Assembly: GCA_964019425.1 (NCBI GenBank)
Contig: OZ025785.1
Coordinates: 1,364,001 to 1,428,000, forward strand
Reading direction: 5' to 3'
DNA length: 64,000 bases
Source of the DNA: Flectonema sp. DT1601
Taxonomy: Eukaryota
Shown: piece by piece, positions 33,334 through 45,652 of the stretch
Numbering within the stretch: the stretch's first letter is position 1
Layout: every line of letters begins with the position of its first letter
Notes under the pieces: model-generated
Databases searched by the model: none
What the model saw: only the letters and a program-made list of their open reading frames with translations
Told to the model about the DNA's origin: nothing
Position numbers and translations under genes: made by a program

Positions 33334-36300
33334 TCTCTATAACATGAATTAAAAAATAAGAATAAAAATCAAGCACAATGAATATTAGGATATGCCAAAC
33401 ATTGAAGAGGGAAGGTACTGGGTCATAACAGGTTTGGTTCAGTGATCGTAAGGAAGTTTTTTTTTAAAAAAGGGCAGGCGTCTTGAATAGCTGAGGTGTA
33501 TGTTATCCTTTCCTGAAGACTAAATCATCCCTCGTCTGCAATATAGCATCATCTCAAGCATACTCTTCGTTTTATCTGTTTTTTTATTTTATTTTATTTT
33601 TTTTGTTTTCATAATAATTTATTTTAAAAATATTTCATTTTTTGTTCGTTTCTTCTTTTTTTTTAAAAAATGATGCACGTGTACTACATTTTTTTAAATT
33701 TTTTTTTTTTTTTTTTTTATTCAATGCATCAAAAAAAGGAAGTTGTCGTCTGTTTGACTTCCTTCCAATTTATTTCTAATGAAATGATTAGTTGCCTTCT
33801 GGAGTTCTGTAAGGCTGCAAAACAGGGGAAAGAACAAAGAAGAAGAAAAAAAGAAAAAAAAAATCTCAACTTTTCCGTTTTCCCAGCCTGTTGTTTTGAA
33901 CAGCCAACACACACACACGCAAAAAAAAAAAAAAAAAAAAATTTAAAAAAACGAAACTGAAAATAAACTGTAACAAGAACCGGTCTTTTTTTATGGTTTT
34001 TTAATTCCCTTTTTTTTTTCATCTCGACACGTTTTACGAGCGAAAGAGAATTGCGGCAGTAACACGTTAACACCCTTTACTCTATAGGATTGTTTCCGGT
34101 TGCGAACAAACAAAAACAAAGTGTGAAAATTATTTAGTGAGGTACCGATTCTGTTTTTCTCTTTTTCTTGGCTGTTAACGTCTTTTTGTGGTTGCATTGG
34201 CTACAGATCTCAAGACCGATCCGACATGTCTCGTGTCGAAACTAACAAAATGATCATCTGTGAGATTCAGTTCAATATGCTGCAGCAGTATTGAGGATCC
34301 CCGAAGAGCTACTTTGGGCTTCCTTTAACTAGTACGCGGCAGGCTTGTTGGACCCGTTGGATGAATGTTTTTTTTACTTATTAGTGAAGTAGTCTCGTTG
34401 GTGTGATGATTCCACCTTTGAGATATCGACTTCAAAAAAAAAAAAAAAAAAAAAACTAAATCAATTTGAGAATATCTAAAAAAGAGTTTTCTTAAATTAT
34501 TTTTTTTTTTTTCACGATCTTTTATTTTATTTATTATTCATGTACGTAAAACGTGTCATGTCACGTCGTTGATCAACGCTATTTTTAACCAAGGTGGTTC
34601 ACCCACTGCCTATAGTCATCAGTTCTGGACTTATTGAGAGCAACAGAATTAGCGAGGCCTGATACCGCAGTATACCCGTAAGAGGTATGGTCTCGCCCCC
34701 CGAAACCAAACAATTATTTGTTTGATGTTGTTATGATTTATTGATTCGTTTGATTATTTTATTTATTTGCGATGGCGATGCTAACTTTATGTTAATTGAT
34801 GCAAGTATAAAATCTTACACAGAAAAAAAAAGGAAATCGTAATATATTTCTTATTACCCGGTAATAGCGCGTCAGTGATCTATTTTTAGTTTGGGCACTT
34901 GTATTAGTGCTCTCTGTCTGTCTTTCCTTCCCCCCGACTCGTGGTGGTATTTCTTTTTTTTCCCCCTTTTCTTTTACATTTGCTTTTTGTCAACCTCTTT
35001 TTTTTTAAAAATGTTTCGTTCAGTGACACTACATCAACCTTTTAATCATGAATTACTTATATTTTTTTTAATAAAAATTATTTATACCAAATTTATAAAA
35101 AATATGCTTCACACCCCTCTCGATCCTTGGTAATAATTAGTTTTTTTTACATTTTTTCTTTTTCTTTTTTTTTTTTTGTACGTGACGGGAATTAGGAAAT
35201 TATTAATTTTTTTTTAACAATTTTTTTTTTTTCGGAATACTTTGACAGTTGCAGTGTGTCTGATTATGTAATGGCAATATTAACCTTTTTTTCTTACACT
35301 GCTTGCTTTGTGCAGTGGGAAATCTGGGTAGTCATTTGTTTTTTTGAAAAAAAAAAATTAAAAAATATTTTTTGGAAAATCAATGTATATTTCCTGATAC
35401 ACACTATTGGAATACTAAGCATATGTCTAGACTGGATTTTGGCTTAGAGCCTTCCGTCCAGTGGTGGCATCACGTGACTCTGATCAGGCTTCCTATTTTT
35501 TTTCCAATGAATCTCATTGTCGAGTCTAGCTTGGTTCCTCGGGTTAATAAGTCTTTCATTATTGGTTTACTTATTTCAACTATCGTGTTGGTTTTTGTAA
35601 AACTATGCCTTGAGAATGTCCATTTTAGTCTCTTAATGCTCATTGATTTCTTGTCTTTTTATTTATTTTTTTCTTTTTTTTCGATGGATTAATATTCCCT
35701 CGCGAGATTGTATTCTCACTTGTACTTTGCTTTTTTTTTTTTTAAATTTTTTTTTATTTTTTATCGTCCGGACTCGTTTTCCAAAAAAAAAAAAAAAAAA
35801 AAAAAAATAAGTTCCTGAGTAGTTAGCTGAAGAAGGCGGATTTGATAATATCCATCCGTTTATTTTTTTATTGTTGTGTAACTTTCGAAAAATCCTTCTA
35901 TGAAGGCATCAAGATGAACATTAGTAGATAAAGTTAAGAAGCATAACCTTCAGCTGTTAAGGAACAATCATGTCATTATGCGTTAATCCAATAGGATACG
36001 GGTCGAGAATATCTTCTTTGTCATAGTAACGGCATGCCAGTCTGTACGTTTTCTAATAACCCCCTTTTTTTTTTTTTTTCCTTCTCGTTCTCTTCTGCGA
36101 AAAAAAACCGTGTCTTTCTTTTATTATTTCTTTCCTGATTTTTGGTTTCGATATGACCTGCTGTCTACTACCTCTCGGAAATTACTTCAGGAAAATCTTG
36201 GCTTTTTTTTTTTTTTTTTTTTTGCTGACCGACAAGACAAGGTCATGTTTTATCGACTCATTTTATTTTATTATTTTTTTTTGTACTTTTTTGTTTTTTA

Positions 36301-37788
36301 TTCTTAAAACGATTATTCGTTCTAAGACGCGAACATTTACCAAATTCGACTCGACTTCTGCAAAACAAGCAACCAACCCAATTCCGAAAAAAAACAAAAA
36401 ACTCTGGTAATTGTGAAAAAGTTGCTTTTTTTTTTTCCCTTCTGCGAGGCAGAAGTAAGGAGTGAAATAAATAACAAAAAAAAAAAAAATTAATTGTTAT
36501 TGAATATTCGCGACGCGAAAAATCGTATTCTTTTTGACCCTCAATTTCATACGTATTGTATGATTAGTTCTTTCGCTAACGGGAAAAAAAAAAAAATATA
36601 TTAGTGGAAAGCTATCTGATCGTTACTCTGAATACTGTTAGTGGATGTGAGCTTGCTCGCTCGCTACATTTTCTTACCAACGATGCACCATCTGATGGAG
36701 TTGAACGACAGCGGTCGTTTACTTTTCTTAACTTTTTATGTTTTCCTTCTTGATTGGGTGAAAATATCAACACTTTACGACACTTGTTCAGGAATAATGA
36801 ATAGACAACCTTAGCGTCTTTCTCTCTCTAGCAGTTGAGTTTTATTATTGGTTGTGTATACGCATGTGAGAAGTGTCGGTTATTTTCATCTTTTGGTTTT
36901 TCACGAAGATTGACGTCAATTGTTGAAAGGGGGAAAAAAAAAAAAAACAGTTAAGCAACACGTTGTTGTGCAAAAAAAAAAAAAAAGACTTAAACGAACT
37001 CATATTGCACGAGGGTTTTTCAATTTTCCAATTTCTTGCTAGAAATCTGAATAACATCAGTGCAAAGGCCGCAGCTTCACTATATCACAACATTGAGTCG
37101 TCAAGTTGTTTGATCTTGCGTAGATGATAGTACAAGGGAAGGTGTAGCTTGTTCGATGAATTTTATGTCCAACAACTCAAGTCATTATTATTTCCCACTC
37201 CCTCCCCCCTTTGTTTCCTCTTTTTATTTCAGCGTGCAAAGACGTCAAAAAAAAAGTATCAATTTATTCCCCTATTTTCTTTTTTTCCTTTTTCTTTTTA
37301 ATAACAATTTACGTTGCTCATTATTTTGCAGGCAAACATAGTGAGAATTGACTTTTCTTTTTTTTTGTAGTTTTTTTTTAATGTAAAAAAAGAGGAAGAA
37401 ACTATCAAGAAGACGTAACCCTTTTCGTGAACTAATACTGTGTTTGCCGTGTTTCGCATCAGGGGAGGGTAACAAAAAAAAAAGAAAAAAAAATTATATA
37501 ATTCCATAAGATTGTACCCTGTTTTGTGATGTTTTTTTTTTCTTTTCTATCTCACTTTGTGCATCATTGTTGTTGAATCAATGCTAACAACTTGGATTGT
37601 TGCAGTGAAATCACAAAAGCACCTCCCCTGAACATGTTCTTCGGTGTGACGAAGTGTAAACAACATTATTTAATCATTTCCCTTTTCAATCAGGTTACAA
37701 ATGACGTCTTGTAGTTGTTGAATGCTACATTCTCACGGTTGGGGAGGATTATTATTTTGTGTTCTCAGTTCACGACATTATATAAACA

Positions 37789-39330
37789 ATGGCTTACTTG
37801 TCTCCTCGTCTCGCCGCCAGTCTTAGTCCAAGAGCTGTGATTGTTAACGATCCTGTTCACGCTGCTGTAGGTCACACTTACGCTGTCGGAGAGACTGTCG
37901 CGCGAGTTGGATCCATCGAAGCTTCTGCCAGGGCCGGAGCTCTTTCTTCGGCAGCTGCGGCCGCTTCTGTCAGTGCGAACCACGCAAGAGTTGGCACTGC
38001 TGTACAGTCAGGAAGAACTGCCCTCCAGGGAAGACTTGCTAGCGATGCTACATTGAGAGAAGGAGCAACTGCAGCAGCACATCGTGTATCTGCAATGGCT
38101 GCGTCAGCCGCAGGGACTGCAGTGTCAGCAAGAGGTGTTGAGTTTCAGAGGGACCAAGCTGGCCTTGCTGCCGCTGAAGGACTCCTGGGAGCAAAAACGC
38201 TTGACAGGGATCTTGCTGGAAGGAGGGCTGCCGAACGCGACTTGCACAGTTCCAGCGCCACGGCGAATGCCGCTCAACTCGGAGCTTTGAGAAATGAGAG
38301 GTCTGCTGAAGCGAGTGTAGCCACAACGAGAGCAGCTGCCGCCGGGACTGACGCTGCTAATGCCAGGGCTAGCGAGAGAGCCGCAGCTGCACTTGCGGAA
38401 CAAGCGACAACCGCTGCTGCACTATCGCGGGACAGAGCAGCTGGGGCTGAAGCTCAGGCTTCACTGGCTGAGGTCAGAAGAGCAGAGGCGGCAGCAGCTG
38501 CGGCTGCAGCTGCTGCATCAGCGCGAGAAGCTGCCGCCGCCGAGCGTGCTGCGGTATCTGTGTTGGCTGTTGCGGGGCAAGAGGCTGATGCTGCCCGTGA
38601 TGCCGCTGCGCAATCGAGAGCCGCAGCTGCTGCCGCTGAGCAGCAAGCGAGAGCTCGTGCCCTGCATCACGGTGCCAGTGCTTCCGATGCCGACGCAGCC
38701 GCTAGGAGAGCAGCAGCTGAACAGGCTGGAGCTGCGAACGCGTCATCAAGGCTTGTATTAGCAGACAGAGATGCTCAAACTGCCGCCGCGGGTGCTTCTG
38801 TAGCAGCACGAGATGCCGAGATCGCGAGAGCCGAACTGTTGGCAAGGGGCACCGAAGAAGCAGCAGCTAGGGGACAGGTAGCCGAAGCTCACGGATCTCT
38901 TAGAAGAAGTGGGAGGATTTTAGAAGGAGCACACGCCACATATACACATGCGTCTGCGAACGAAGTCGCAGCTCGTGGTGCCCACGGAGTTGCCGTTACA
39001 CATGCTTCAATTGAGAGAGTCAGGCACACACACGAGGCAGGGGCGCTCGCTGCTGCTACTGCAAGAGAGGCTGTCGCTACAAGTGCCGAAGCTGGAGCAC
39101 ACACTTCTGCAACACTTGCTGGGTACGACGCTGCAAGAGCTGGAGATATAGCGAGGACCGCTTCATTAACCCGAGCAGTTCATGATGCTAGTCCTAGAAG
39201 TGCTATTACACTTGTTGATCCATTGTCACCAGCTGCTATTGTTGGATCCCCTTTTAGAAGTATTACATCCGGAAGTCCAATCCTTGACGCCAAGCTAGCT
39301 GCTTTGGGATCGCCTTCCAGATTCTACTGA
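37789..39330 (+). CDS. Alanine-rich helical/coiled-coil protein with SP/SPR-rich termini, unknown function
   Basis: 513 aa ORF, GC-rich relative to its flanks. U-rich AG acceptor ~20 nt upstream. Confidence 0.85.
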   Translation: MAYLSPRLAASLSPRAVIVNDPVHAAVGHTYAVGETVARVGSIEASARAGALSSAAAAASVSANHARVGTAVQSGRTALQGRLASDATLREGATAAAHRVSAMAASAAGTAVSARGVEFQRDQAGLAAAEGLLGAKTLDRDLAGRRAAERDLHSSSATANAAQLGALRNERSAEASVATTRAAAAGTDAANARASERAAAALAEQATTAAALSRDRAAGAEAQASLAEVRRAEAAAAAAAAAASAREAAAAERAAVSVLAVAGQEADAARDAAAQSRAAAAAAEQQARARALHHGASASDADAAARRAAAEQAGAANASSRLVLADRDAQTAAAGASVAARDAEIARAELLARGTEEAAARGQVAEAHGSLRRSGRILEGAHATYTHASANEVAARGAHGVAVTHASIERVRHTHEAGALAAATAREAVATSAEAGAHTSATLAGYDAARAGDIARTASLTRAVHDASPRSAITLVDPLSPAAIVGSPFRSITSGSPILDAKLAALGSPSRFY

Positions 39331-39520
39331 ACATTTATTTTAAATTATTGCATCATTGCTATGCAATGTTAATTGTATTCTGTATTTTGCTTTCCTTCCT
39401 TTTTTGTATTTGTTATACAAGCACTGTATGTATTGTTTCGTTATTGACACAGAGGTTCGATTATCATCGGGAATTACTTTTATTTTTTTAAAAAAAAAAA
39501 TAGTTATTTGAATATTAATA

Positions 39521-40891
39521 ATGGCAGAGGTCCAACGAAGTCCAGTAGGAACTCATCCAAAGGATTTGAATGCGACAACGACAGTGACTGAAGCTCATCG
39601 GATCGTAGCCTTACTAAATAAAGGAATAGAAAGACTACAACTACTTTCAATACTAAGCTACGACTCCTTTGAGGGTGATGAGAACGGAGCGGGAGCTGGT
39701 GCCGAAGGAAGCAACGGAGTTGGTGCAATTCTAGAGGCTCAACGGAAGATGGAACAACGCTACGATGAGCTACTCAGAGCAACAGCTGTAGTTAAAAGTA
39801 ATCCTTTAGACCCTACGTTAGACTTGTCTTGTTTCTCATCTGTCGATGATGAAAAACAAAAGAAACACAAAGACGAACTAGAAAAAGTTTCAATAAATTT
39901 AAAAGAATACTCACGAGACTTATGTAGACAACTAAAAGAAAATCCAAACGACAGCAACAATTGGATTAAAGTTCTAACAGGAAGGACAGAATTAATAACT
40001 CTACTCCAATCATGTGTTAAGGAACTAACAACATCGTGTCAATCTGGAGCGTCAAAGAAAATTGCAATGGATGAAGCAATTGCTGGAGGAGGTGTCTACC
40101 CAGATGATAACGCTTCCCAAACAGAGTCACAACGATCAGGTAAAAGTAATATAGCAGGTTCTGATGTAGCGATATATGAGAATTTTGCAGTTAAAATAAT
40201 AGATGATCAGTCGGAACAAGTGTGGGCAGATGACATTGTAAAAAGAGAAAAAGAAACCAACCAGAATGTCAAAACCCTCCAAAATGACGTTGCCCTTGAG
40301 CGTGGAATGAAAGAACGGGAACTCGAGGAACGGCAACAACAGCTGTCGGAGCTCAAAATAAAAGTTAGAAAACTCCGTCAAGAATCAGCTGAGTCTTACG
40401 AACGTAAGAAAGGAGAAACTGAAGCACGAGCTGAAGCACAAGCCAGAAAGGGTAAGAATCGACAGCGAGAACTCAAAGAAAAAATTGAAAATTTAAAAGA
40501 ACGCATTGAAATTGAGAAGAAAGTCCACGAGCAATTAAAAGTACATCTTCAAAACAAGATTGAAGACATCACTGTAAACACAAAGGAATGGGCAGAAAAA
40601 CAAACTGATCGCCAACGTCAAATGGAAGAAAGCTATCAAAATGAACGAAAGGCGAAGGAACTCCTTGAAACCCGTCTACACGATGCTACTACTCAGTCGT
40701 CTTCTGAGAAACAAAAACGGGATCTACGAAGAGAGTTGGATGAGAAAGAACGACAGCAAAAGAAACGTGATGAAGATCTGGAAGCAGCTAAGAAAGCTGC
40801 CAGCACCCGTCTTCAAGCTGCTTTCAAAGGCTATCTCCTTCGACAAACTCTTTCTCAGATGAAGAAGAAGGGAAAGAAATCAAAAAAGTAA
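39521..40891 (+). CDS. IQCD: Dynein regulatory complex subunit 10-like (IQ-motif coiled-coil flagellar protein)
   Basis: N-terminal TEAHRIVALLNKGIERLQLLS, DLCRQLKENP, long coiled coil, terminal IQ motif LQAAFKGYLLRQ and KKKGKKSKK tail. Confidence 0.75.
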   Translation: MAEVQRSPVGTHPKDLNATTTVTEAHRIVALLNKGIERLQLLSILSYDSFEGDENGAGAGAEGSNGVGAILEAQRKMEQRYDELLRATAVVKSNPLDPTLDLSCFSSVDDEKQKKHKDELEKVSINLKEYSRDLCRQLKENPNDSNNWIKVLTGRTELITLLQSCVKELTTSCQSGASKKIAMDEAIAGGGVYPDDNASQTESQRSGKSNIAGSDVAIYENFAVKIIDDQSEQVWADDIVKREKETNQNVKTLQNDVALERGMKERELEERQQQLSELKIKVRKLRQESAESYERKKGETEARAEAQARKGKNRQRELKEKIENLKERIEIEKKVHEQLKVHLQNKIEDITVNTKEWAEKQTDRQRQMEESYQNERKAKELLETRLHDATTQSSSEKQKRDLRRELDEKERQQKKRDEDLEAAKKAASTRLQAAFKGYLLRQTLSQMKKKGKKSKK

Positions 40892-41254
40892 TGCCACCCT
40901 TCCACAACACAACTCTGTTTAGTTTACTGTGGTACACTTGTAAAATAAGGCTATGTGTGCGTCCACTCCCCTCCTCCACTCTATATTTTTGGTTAACACA
41001 AAGTGCTTGACAGCCTGATCTTAGTAAAGTATATAGTCGGATGGTATTTAATTGAAATTACTCCCCTTTTAGCAGTTGTGAAAAAAATGATTTGATACCG
41101 ACCTGGGTGGCGTAGAATAATAGCTGTTGTTTTGCAATTTAGTCAACTGTTTTCAAACATTCATCCTCCCCACCTGTCAGTATATTTTTATTGAGTTCAA
41201 GTAGGAAAGATTCTTCGCCGTACAGCATTCACATTTTCCAAAAGAAATTTAAAA

Positions 41255-42049
41255 ATGAACGACTTTGACATCGTTATCAAAGCAATGGAGCAGATAGCTC
41301 CTCTTAGCTATGCCGACACTACTTGGGATAATGTTGGAATTATGGTCGAAACACCTTTGAACAAGGGAAGTAAGAAAGTAATGTTAACAATAGACTTTAC
41401 AGAAAGTGTGTTGAAGGAATCAATCGATAATGAAGTGTCAGTTGTGTTGTCTTACCATCCTCCGATCTTCAGACCACTCAAAAGTTTAAAGCTCTCAGAT
41501 CACAAGCAAATGTTATTACTAACAGCTCTTGCTAATGGGATGTCTATTTACTCTCCACACTCAGCATTAGATGCTGCACCTGAAGGTATTAATGAGTGGT
41601 TGGGGTCAGCTGTTCCTTCTGGTTCTCGTGTGGTTCCAGAACCAGAGCAACCATACCGAGGAGAATTAATTTCTGCAAATGGGAATTGCACTATTGAAGA
41701 TGTGGTCACATCTTTTAAAACTCATCTGAAATTATCTCACATGCGTCTTGCTCTCTGTCCTTCACATGACTTGAATACGAAAGTTAATCTTGTTGCACTG
41801 TGTGCTGGTTCTGGTTCCTCAGTGGTTACTATGAACAAAGGATGTACACTATACATTACTGGTGAAATGTCTCATCATGAGGTCCTCGCAGCCAATGCTT
41901 CTGGTGTCTCAGTCTTACTCTCTGAACACACTTGTACTGAAAGGGGGTATTTGGAAGCTAAATTACAACCAAGACTGTCAGAGATACTTGGTAAGGACTA
42001 CACTGTCATGGTAAGCAAGTCAGATTTTAATCCAATTAATATCGTCTAG
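41255..42049 (+). CDS. NIF3L1: NIF3-like dinuclear metal-centre protein
   Basis: IAPLSYADTTWDNVG, SYHPPIFRPLK, IYSPHSALDA, LCAGSG, YITGEMSHHEVL, EHTCTERGYL. Confidence 0.95.
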   Translation: MNDFDIVIKAMEQIAPLSYADTTWDNVGIMVETPLNKGSKKVMLTIDFTESVLKESIDNEVSVVLSYHPPIFRPLKSLKLSDHKQMLLLTALANGMSIYSPHSALDAAPEGINEWLGSAVPSGSRVVPEPEQPYRGELISANGNCTIEDVVTSFKTHLKLSHMRLALCPSHDLNTKVNLVALCAGSGSSVVTMNKGCTLYITGEMSHHEVLAANASGVSVLLSEHTCTERGYLEAKLQPRLSEILGKDYTVMVSKSDFNPINIV

Positions 42050-42299
42050 TAGTAGTTGTGAGTTATCGCTCCAAAGTCCTCGATCGAAAAAGTGTTTTTA
42101 ACTTACGCCCCTTTAGCTATCCATATGGGTGTGTTGTTGTGTGCTCAGCCAGACTAATTATTCTATAAGAATGTTACCAAAGTATTAACTTACTTACAGA
42201 ATATTACAGGACGACGACTTATAAACAATTGGACTGATTGACGAGAGTTGTCTTCTTCAAATAGTCACATTATTCTTAATTCATAAACAGCATATTAAT

Positions 42300-43886
42300 A
42301 TGTCGCGGGCTGAATTTCTTGCGAGTTTGGGTATGACGGAGGATGATGTTGTCGCTACGGCAGAAGAAGCGCCACCTGTAAAAGCAGCGAGTGGATCTTC
42401 ATGGGAAAGAATATCAGCATCTACGAGAGACAATGGATGGGATATGATGAACTCATCTGCTAAGATGGAAGAAAATGCGATGAAAGCGACGTCGTCGTCT
42501 TCATCATCATCTGAGTCTGCTGATGTCTGGGCTGCTCGTTATGCAAGTCAAGTAAAGCCTTCGTCTCCTGTTGCTGCTTCGTATTCTGAATCGAAGTTCT
42601 CTGATGTTCCTGTCCCTCCTCCGAGACGTGGCAGCATTGATTTTAACAACACAAGAGAATCAATTAAAACACCTCCTGAGTACGGACGTAGATCTCCAAG
42701 TTTAGATCCAGTTCGACCTTCACAAGAAATGAACTCAGCTAGTTCTTCTTCTGCAGCTTTCACTTATGGAAGACGGTCATCAGTAGAACCCCCACCTGGA
42801 TATACCCATGAGTTTAATAACACTACTACACTACCAACATCGAGTAGTTATGAAAGGCATTCTGATACAGTTCTACCTGCTGAATCTGACCTTCAGTATG
42901 GTGGGGGAGGAAGTGCTGGTTTTTCTTATGGAAATAATTCTATTCCACAACAACCTTCATCTAACATCTCAAAGAAGAAGGGAAGGCGGTCTACCGAAGA
43001 ACCATTGACAGCTCAACTGGCAGCAGAGATAGAAGCTGCCGGCGATGATACTCCAGTTTCTACTTTAAAAGAACTCGGGAACAAAGCTTTTCAACAAAAA
43101 GCATTCAGCCCAGCTATTCGGTTGTACTCATTAGCCATTGAGAAGAATCCAATGGACAGTATTTTATTTAGTAACAGATCTGCTGCGTTCTTACAATCAG
43201 CGATGCTCAGCGGTGCAGTTCTCTCACTAAGAGACGCAGACAAGTGTATTGAACTACAACCTAAATGGTTTAAAGGTTTCTCAAGAGCTGGAGACGCACA
43301 CTTCAAACAACTAAAGTACTCAAAGGCACTTGAAATGTACAACCAAAGCTTAGCTTTAGATCCAGGAAATGAAAACACTCGAAGATCAGTAAAGCAATGC
43401 ATGGATGAGTTGGAATCTGAGAATACAAAAAAACAATATAAATCACAAATGCTGGAGAGAGAATGTGACGAACACCATGAAGTACGAAAACGTTGTGCAG
43501 ACGTAGCAGCAGCAGGTCGATGTTATAAGGAAGCAGAATTGATGAAATACAGAAACAAGTCAGACTCAAGACCATCAAGCAGAACTGATGAAGACAGCAG
43601 CTACACAACAGGCTACAGCTCTCCTCTGAGTGTTTCAGCTGATGACGGCTGTACTTTTAAAGGTTCTCAAAAAGCTCAGGCATATCGCGATCAGCTACTC
43701 GCAAGTTTTCGATCAAAAGGTGTTAAACCGCCTCCTAAGTCGACTGATTTCTCTAACTACAGCGGAGCTGACTTTACTACTAAACAGACATTTCCAAAAG
43801 ACACAACCAAAGCAACAGACTATGTTGGAAAGGTAATTAGTGCTGATAGCTATGATGTGCACACTTATAATCAAAAACACTTTTAA
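42300..43886 (+). CDS. TPR (STI1/TPR1-type) protein with long Ser/Pro-rich disordered N-terminus
   Basis: LKELGNKAF, LFSNRSAAF, PKWFKGFSRAGDA: three-TPR clamp domain. Confidence 0.85.
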   Translation: MSRAEFLASLGMTEDDVVATAEEAPPVKAASGSSWERISASTRDNGWDMMNSSAKMEENAMKATSSSSSSSESADVWAARYASQVKPSSPVAASYSESKFSDVPVPPPRRGSIDFNNTRESIKTPPEYGRRSPSLDPVRPSQEMNSASSSSAAFTYGRRSSVEPPPGYTHEFNNTTTLPTSSSYERHSDTVLPAESDLQYGGGGSAGFSYGNNSIPQQPSSNISKKKGRRSTEEPLTAQLAAEIEAAGDDTPVSTLKELGNKAFQQKAFSPAIRLYSLAIEKNPMDSILFSNRSAAFLQSAMLSGAVLSLRDADKCIELQPKWFKGFSRAGDAHFKQLKYSKALEMYNQSLALDPGNENTRRSVKQCMDELESENTKKQYKSQMLERECDEHHEVRKRCADVAAAGRCYKEAELMKYRNKSDSRPSSRTDEDSSYTTGYSSPLSVSADDGCTFKGSQKAQAYRDQLLASFRSKGVKPPPKSTDFSNYSGADFTTKQTFPKDTTKATDYVGKVISADSYDVHTYNQKHF

Positions 43887-44711
43887 CCTCTTATGAATGG
43901 TGAGCTCTCCCTTCCTCATAATTTCCGTCTTATTTTATGTTATTTTGAGTGAGTAGTATTCGCTTTACAGTGAACATGATAAAACTATAAGAAAGTTGTA
44001 CTTTTAGCTGTTTTGAGAACCAACAGACGGCTTCGTTTATAGTTTGCTACGACTTACATTAGACAGTCTTGTCGCATATTACTTTTGCATCGTTTTTTTA
44101 AGGCGCTTTGCTTATGAGCTGTCCTTGTGGTGTTGGAGATTAATAATATGTCAGTTACACGATTTTTATGTATTTATTTATTACCCCTCCTTTCATTTTT
44201 TGTGTTTTATCATTAATTAGACTGAAAAAGTTAATTTTTTTTTTTTTAAATCAGTTACACGCAACTTTTGATATTTTTTTAAAAATTTTAAGTTTTGTTT
44301 TGTCAATGTAGTCTCTCCTGATGCAAATTATCTGGGCATCTAAATTTTTATTAAACTAATTCTTATTTTCTCTTTTTTTTTTTTTTTTGAAAATTGACCA
44401 CTACTACTTAACCAATGTTGGTCATTTCACGCTGCTTACTTTTATTTCGATTTCAATTTTTTCCTTTTTTTCTTTTTCCAGCTAAATCCCCCCTCTTGTT
44501 TGTTGAAAAGTAAATAACCCATTTCTAAAAATAAATTATAAAAACAAACTAAAGAAAGTTAACTAACACTTAAGCCTTTATGCCTTATGCAATTTTTGCA
44601 ATGCATTTTTATAGGTCCCCTCCAACTTTTCGTTCACCCTTATTGCACTACTTATGGATGTGTTTGTAATTTAATTTCATAGCAGGGACTTGCAGGGGAG
44701 ATAAATTTAAA

Positions 44712-45190
44712 ATGGCAAGGCATCACACTGATTTGATTATGTGTAGGAAGCAAGACGGGATTGGTATGTTTTTGATTAATCTTATTTAAATTTTTTTTTT
44801 TTTTATAAAATATTACAAAATTGAAAAAAAAATAATAATAATAATACCACAGCGTTTGGAAAACTTTGTGAGAGGTGCGATGGAAAATGCGTCATATGTG
44901 ATTCTCACGTGAATTCCTGCACTCTAGTTAGAGTCTGTGATGACTGTAATTACGGCAGCAACAACGGAAGATGCGTCACATGTGGACAACCAGGAGTCTC
45001 AGATGCTTACTACTGCAGAGAGTGTGTTCTATTAGAGAAAGACGTATGTCACTTTTCATTTTCATTAGTCTCTCACAGCCGCTTAACCAATTAAATAAAA
45101 AAACAGAGAGACGGATGCCCCCGAGTCATAAACCTCGGTAGTGCTAAAGCTGACTTATACTACGAGAGAAAGAAATATGGAGTTAGTTGA
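44712..45190 (+). CDS. PHF5A: PHF5A/Rds3 (SF3b subunit), three exons (44712-44763, 44853-45043, 45107-45190)
   Basis: Spliced product [37 protein letters not shown]...[30 protein letters not shown]. Introns 44764-44852 and 45044-45106 are both GTATGT..CAG. The ORF track shows only part of this gene. Confidence 0.97.
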
Positions 45191-45411
45191 GTACAGCTTG
45201 TGTTGTGGAATGGATTTAATTTATTTTAATGCTGCTGTAATACCAATCAGCAATACAGCTATATCTGGACACAGAAATCAATTCTGTTCAGGTTTTAACC
45301 TGATTGTTATTTCTTTTACTTTCTTCATAATAATGTTTTACTTTATCAGCTTCTTCAATATGATTGATATAAATAGATACTCATTTCACATTCTTCTTCT
45401 TCGTCGATTCC

Positions 45412-45490
45412 GTGATGACAAAAACTAATAATTTGGCAATTTGCGTGTGAACTTCTTGTTTTGATCAGAATAATTAGAAGACGAGACTGA
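45412..45490 (+). ncRNA. Box C/D snoRNA-A, first copy in array 2
   Basis: Same box and guide sequence as 2726-2804. Confidence 0.9.
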
Positions 45491-45562
45491 CACAATTCCC
45501 TCTCTTCCTCTCTCTCTATGTTGTTGGTGCTGTTGCATTCCCCTTCTTCATCTTAATATCTC

Positions 45563-45652
45563 GTGATGACAATGACACATTAGTGTAGTGCGCATCTGAC
45601 CGTTGGAATTCTATTCCTCGGGATGGGAATACAACTGACTCGCTCTTGCTGA
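45563..45652 (+). ncRNA. Box C/D snoRNA-B, first copy in array 2
   Basis: Same box and guide sequence as 2880-2969. Confidence 0.85.

Noticed and set aside
25438..37507. Numerous 60-140 aa Phe/Lys-rich ORFs in intergenic tracts
   Set aside because: They are products of poly-T and poly-A runs, often with non-ATG starts, and show no motifs.
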